63,307 bases of DNA from Promethearchaeota archaeon (GTDB lineage: Archaea; Asgardarchaeota; Lokiarchaeia; Sigyniarchaeales; SOKP01), in assembly GCA_029838195.1 (NCBI GenBank), contig JALGVJ010000023.1:1-63307 (forward strand). The letters are read 5' to 3'. The notes beneath the pieces are model-generated. The model worked only from the letters and a program-made list of their open reading frames with translations. It did not search any database and had not been told where the DNA came from. A program made the translations under genes and the position numbers. Positions within the stretch are counted from its first letter, which is position 1. Each line of letters starts with the position of its first letter. This document shows, piece by piece, positions 60,689 through 63,307 of the stretch.

Positions 60689-60838
60689 TACTATCTAAAA
60701 AATCATCATGATTCAAGTTTTTTTATCTCTGGTTTTTTTTATTATTTCATCATGATGAATTTCGTCATTACGAAATTGTTCACGTTATAATTACGAAATT
60801 CTGTAAAAAAAGAGGAAAAAAAGCAAGAATTCCTTCAT

Positions 60839-61099
60839 TTAAAAAGGAAGGATCTCCTCTTCCATTTCTTGCTCATCAAATTCAATCTCTCTCAGCTTCA
60901 TGCGAACTTGACGAGGCGAATAATGCTCATTCAAGAACTTGATCATGTTCTCTTGAATGGCTTTTAAATTATCGATCCCCGCTTGGTAATAGAAATCGTT
61001 TTCTTGTAAATTGATCTTTAAAATCTCAAATAATCCTGATAACGATTTTCGCACATTTTTATAATATTCAAATGCTTGTTCAATATCACATTGATTCAT
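60839..61099 (-). CDS. Small hypothetical helical protein
   Basis: 86-aa ORF with ATG start, coding-like composition and acidic C-terminus, in an otherwise empty interval. Confidence 0.6.
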   Translation of the reverse strand: MNQCDIEQAFEYYKNVRKSLSGLFEILKINLQENDFYYQAGIDNLKAIQENMIKFLNEHYSPRQVRMKLREIEFDEQEMEEEILPF

Positions 61100-61527
61100 T
61101 TTTCGTGATCATCCCTTCGTGATAAGTAGAAAATTTATATATTATCATGATAAAAAAAGTATTTTTCCCTAATAAATATTGGTGGAATCAGTCGCATAAC
61201 ATTCAGAAAGGTAACGAATTCGTAATCGATCCTCAAAATTAAATGTTAATTAAGGATATGATATGATAATAAATAATAACATTGAACAAAAAAGAAGATT
61301 AATAATGATCTATTTTCGTAATTTTTTGTTTAAAAATCAGTCTTAATTGTAATTATTTTGGGAATTGATAATAAAAATTATTACGGATTTTGATTTCAGA
61401 AATTGCAAATCACGCATGAAAATCTAATCGAATTTCGTTTTAAATTTTTTAAATCTTTATAAAGAAAAATATGAAAAAGTTTGGAGTTCTTCCATAGGAA
61501 ATTAATTTAAAAATCACTTTATTTCTC

Positions 61528-62022
61528 TTAACTTCCTTCTTCGTCATCAAATTTCTTCTCGAGAACGATAAGAGTTGGGTTAAAGCCCGTTTTAGCAAAA
61601 ACCTTCAATAATTTCTCGGGAATGCCATAGCCGACGTTAATGCGGACTCTTTCACATCCCCATGACCTTAAAATCTGAATGGCACGTTCTGCGAGGATTT
61701 TTCCCACTTGCTTCCCTATATATTCCTTTTTTGTGGCCCAATTATCCAGATATCCAATATATTGGCCAAGATTATTTTTTACAGCTTCTAACATTCCCAT
61801 GGCCACCACTTCTCCTGTATCTCTAAGTTCAGCTATTAGCGTTAACCGTTTAAGATTGGGCTTAAATTGTCTCAACCCTGAAGATTTTTTCCACTGTTCT
61901 TCTTTTAACCCGATATCAAATTGGTCATGTAACTCCCGCAAGATTTCAAGCGTAGCCTCATAATCCGAGGTTCTATAATTTCTTATGATGATATTTTTTT
62001 CATCAATTTTTTTTTCTGACAT
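61528..62022 (-). CDS. GNAT-family N-acetyltransferase
   Basis: IIIRNY..SD, LIAE...GEVVAMG, acetyl-CoA loop KEYIGKQVGKIL...A, GC.RV.I, F.K.GF. Confidence 0.85.
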   Translation of the reverse strand: MSEKKIDEKNIIIRNYRTSDYEATLEILRELHDQFDIGLKEEQWKKSSGLRQFKPNLKRLTLIAELRDTGEVVAMGMLEAVKNNLGQYIGYLDNWATKKEYIGKQVGKILAERAIQILRSWGCERVRINVGYGIPEKLLKVFAKTGFNPTLIVLEKKFDDEEGS

Positions 62023-62038
62023 GAGATACGTTTAACTC

Positions 62039-63088
62039 TTACATTTTTTTATTAAATTGAGGTTCATTTTTTAAGAGTTCCAAATCAATTTTTTTTGAAA
62101 GAATTCGTTCCCCCTTGGAGGACAAAATGAAAAATAAATATTCGTTTATATGCGGAATGATGGGGCTTATAAATAAAAGCTCCTCTTCCGGATACCATTC
62201 ATCAATCTCTTGAGTCATGAGCTCCTTTTCAAAAAAATCCTTAATGTGAGTGATTTTCACGGTGATGTTTTTCTTCTCTTCTGTGGTATTATTACGCACG
62301 AGGATTACTAATTCTTTACTTCCTTCATCGATTTCTATATTCGTGATGGAAAAGGGTTTTTCGATTTTTAATTCTTCCGTTCTTTTTTTTTTCCTATCAA
62401 ATAATTGGATGGAGGAGAAAGGTTCAGTATTATTTTCCATGTTGATGTGAGAAAAATCCACGCCTCTTAAGTATAGATAGGATATGGCTTTTTGTTTTTT
62501 AATCGTAGAGGCATCGGCTTGCTTAATTACACGGGAAAAAAAGTTGTTTCCCACTTGCCCAATAGTCTTTCTTAACTCATTTTTAATGGTATCACTTTTC
62601 TTGATTTTCTCCATGATCGCAGGTGTTTTGATGATTTCTTCCTTGGCTATAATGCCTTTGATGAGTTCGGAAAATTTTTCATCAAAATTTTCTCTAATAG
62701 CATTATATAATTGCTGAATTAATTCATCACCGAAAATTGCAAGATCGTTAGGCATGGATAATATCAGGATTATGGTTTCAGGCGTTTCATCCTTAAGACC
62801 AGCACGTTTTTTTTCTCTCTGTGATCGGGCTAAAAACTTTTTTGCCATGAAATTGTAGCCCTTATATTCCAAGTCGATGTGATCCAACGCATCGCTTTCG
62901 GAAACGTCAAGAAACCAGATGGGATGAAATTTAATCGGACGCATGAATCGCCTATCGTTCATTAATTTTTCCGAAGGGTATATCAAGAGGGGCATATGTC
63001 CTCGTGCTTCATCGAAATAAAGAATATAGAATTCACAAAATTTCTCAAAAGGATCCTTAACCGATGCTTCTTTATTATTTTCTGCCAA
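62039..63088 (-). CDS. Hypothetical protein with probable N-terminal uDENN/longin-like domain and C-terminal Ig-like domain
   Basis: FYILYFDEARGHMPLLIYP resembles the hhhFDxxxGxxxxxxYP start of uDENN/longin domains. C-terminal beta-rich segment (LVILVRNNT..EKKNITVKI). TTG start. Confidence 0.55.
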   Translation of the reverse strand: MAENNKEASVKDPFEKFCEFYILYFDEARGHMPLLIYPSEKLMNDRRFMRPIKFHPIWFLDVSESDALDHIDLEYKGYNFMAKKFLARSQREKKRAGLKDETPETIILILSMPNDLAIFGDELIQQLYNAIRENFDEKFSELIKGIIAKEEIIKTPAIMEKIKKSDTIKNELRKTIGQVGNNFFSRVIKQADASTIKKQKAISYLYLRGVDFSHINMENNTEPFSSIQLFDRKKKRTEELKIEKPFSITNIEIDEGSKELVILVRNNTTEEKKNITVKITHIKDFFEKELMTQEIDEWYPEEELLFISPIIPHINEYLFFILSSKGERILSKKIDLELLKNEPQFNKKM

Positions 63089-63307
63089 CTGAACCCAGTT
63101 TATTTGATTATTATAATACGATTAGAATGCATGAACGCTCTTTTTATATATATAAATTTATTAAAATCATAAAAAGTTTTAGACAGTCGTTATTAGTTAG
63201 CAAAAAAATAGGACAAACGTGGACATTCTAAAAATTATTATCAATTCCACTTGATAAATTTAAAAAATGCATGGTCCCGTGATATTTATTTAGAAAGCGT
63301 CCTTTCT

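Noticed and set aside
3175-62717. Numerous short ORFs in the track overlapping longer genes (e.g. 6212..6745, 22533..22970, 26281..26745, 47256..47669, 57665..57997)
   Set aside because: Antisense or alternate-frame shadows of well-supported CDS, with no recognisable motifs.
1-63307. CRISPR array, rRNA or tRNA genes
   Set aside because: No regularly spaced direct repeats and no GC-rich structured RNA-like segments were seen; intergenic regions are AT-rich.

Overview
AT-rich archaeal chromosomal window. Gene content points to an Asgard archaeon, most likely Lokiarchaeia: Rab-like small GTPases, HEAT/LRR protein, Loki-CTERM-type anchor, uDENN/longin-like protein, several GPH-family MFS transporters and a non-Pyl MttB. 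About 40 intact CDS, mostly heterotrophic metabolism, transport and regulation: GH3 glucosidase, sulfatase, M20 peptidase, threonine synthase, a complete acetone-carboxylase-type acxABC operon, a Zn/Mn ABC system with a DtxR/MntR regulator and visible operators, and a PadR-HAAS pair. There are two accessory zones. (i) About 1.9-7 kb holds a decayed DDE/integrase-core IS, a MITE-like element, a PIN (DUF3368) pseudogene and DUF6398/SEC-C-associated genes. (ii) About 50.1-57.4 kb is a compositionally distinct two-gene module: a 785-aa unknown protein plus a 1617-aa SF2 helicase with C-terminal DUF1998. This is the best candidate for an undescribed Druantia-like defence system. A C/G skew on the + strand appears to alternate every few kb regardless of gene orientation. 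No rRNA, tRNA or CRISPR array was seen. All family assignments come from motif recognition by eye, not database searches.
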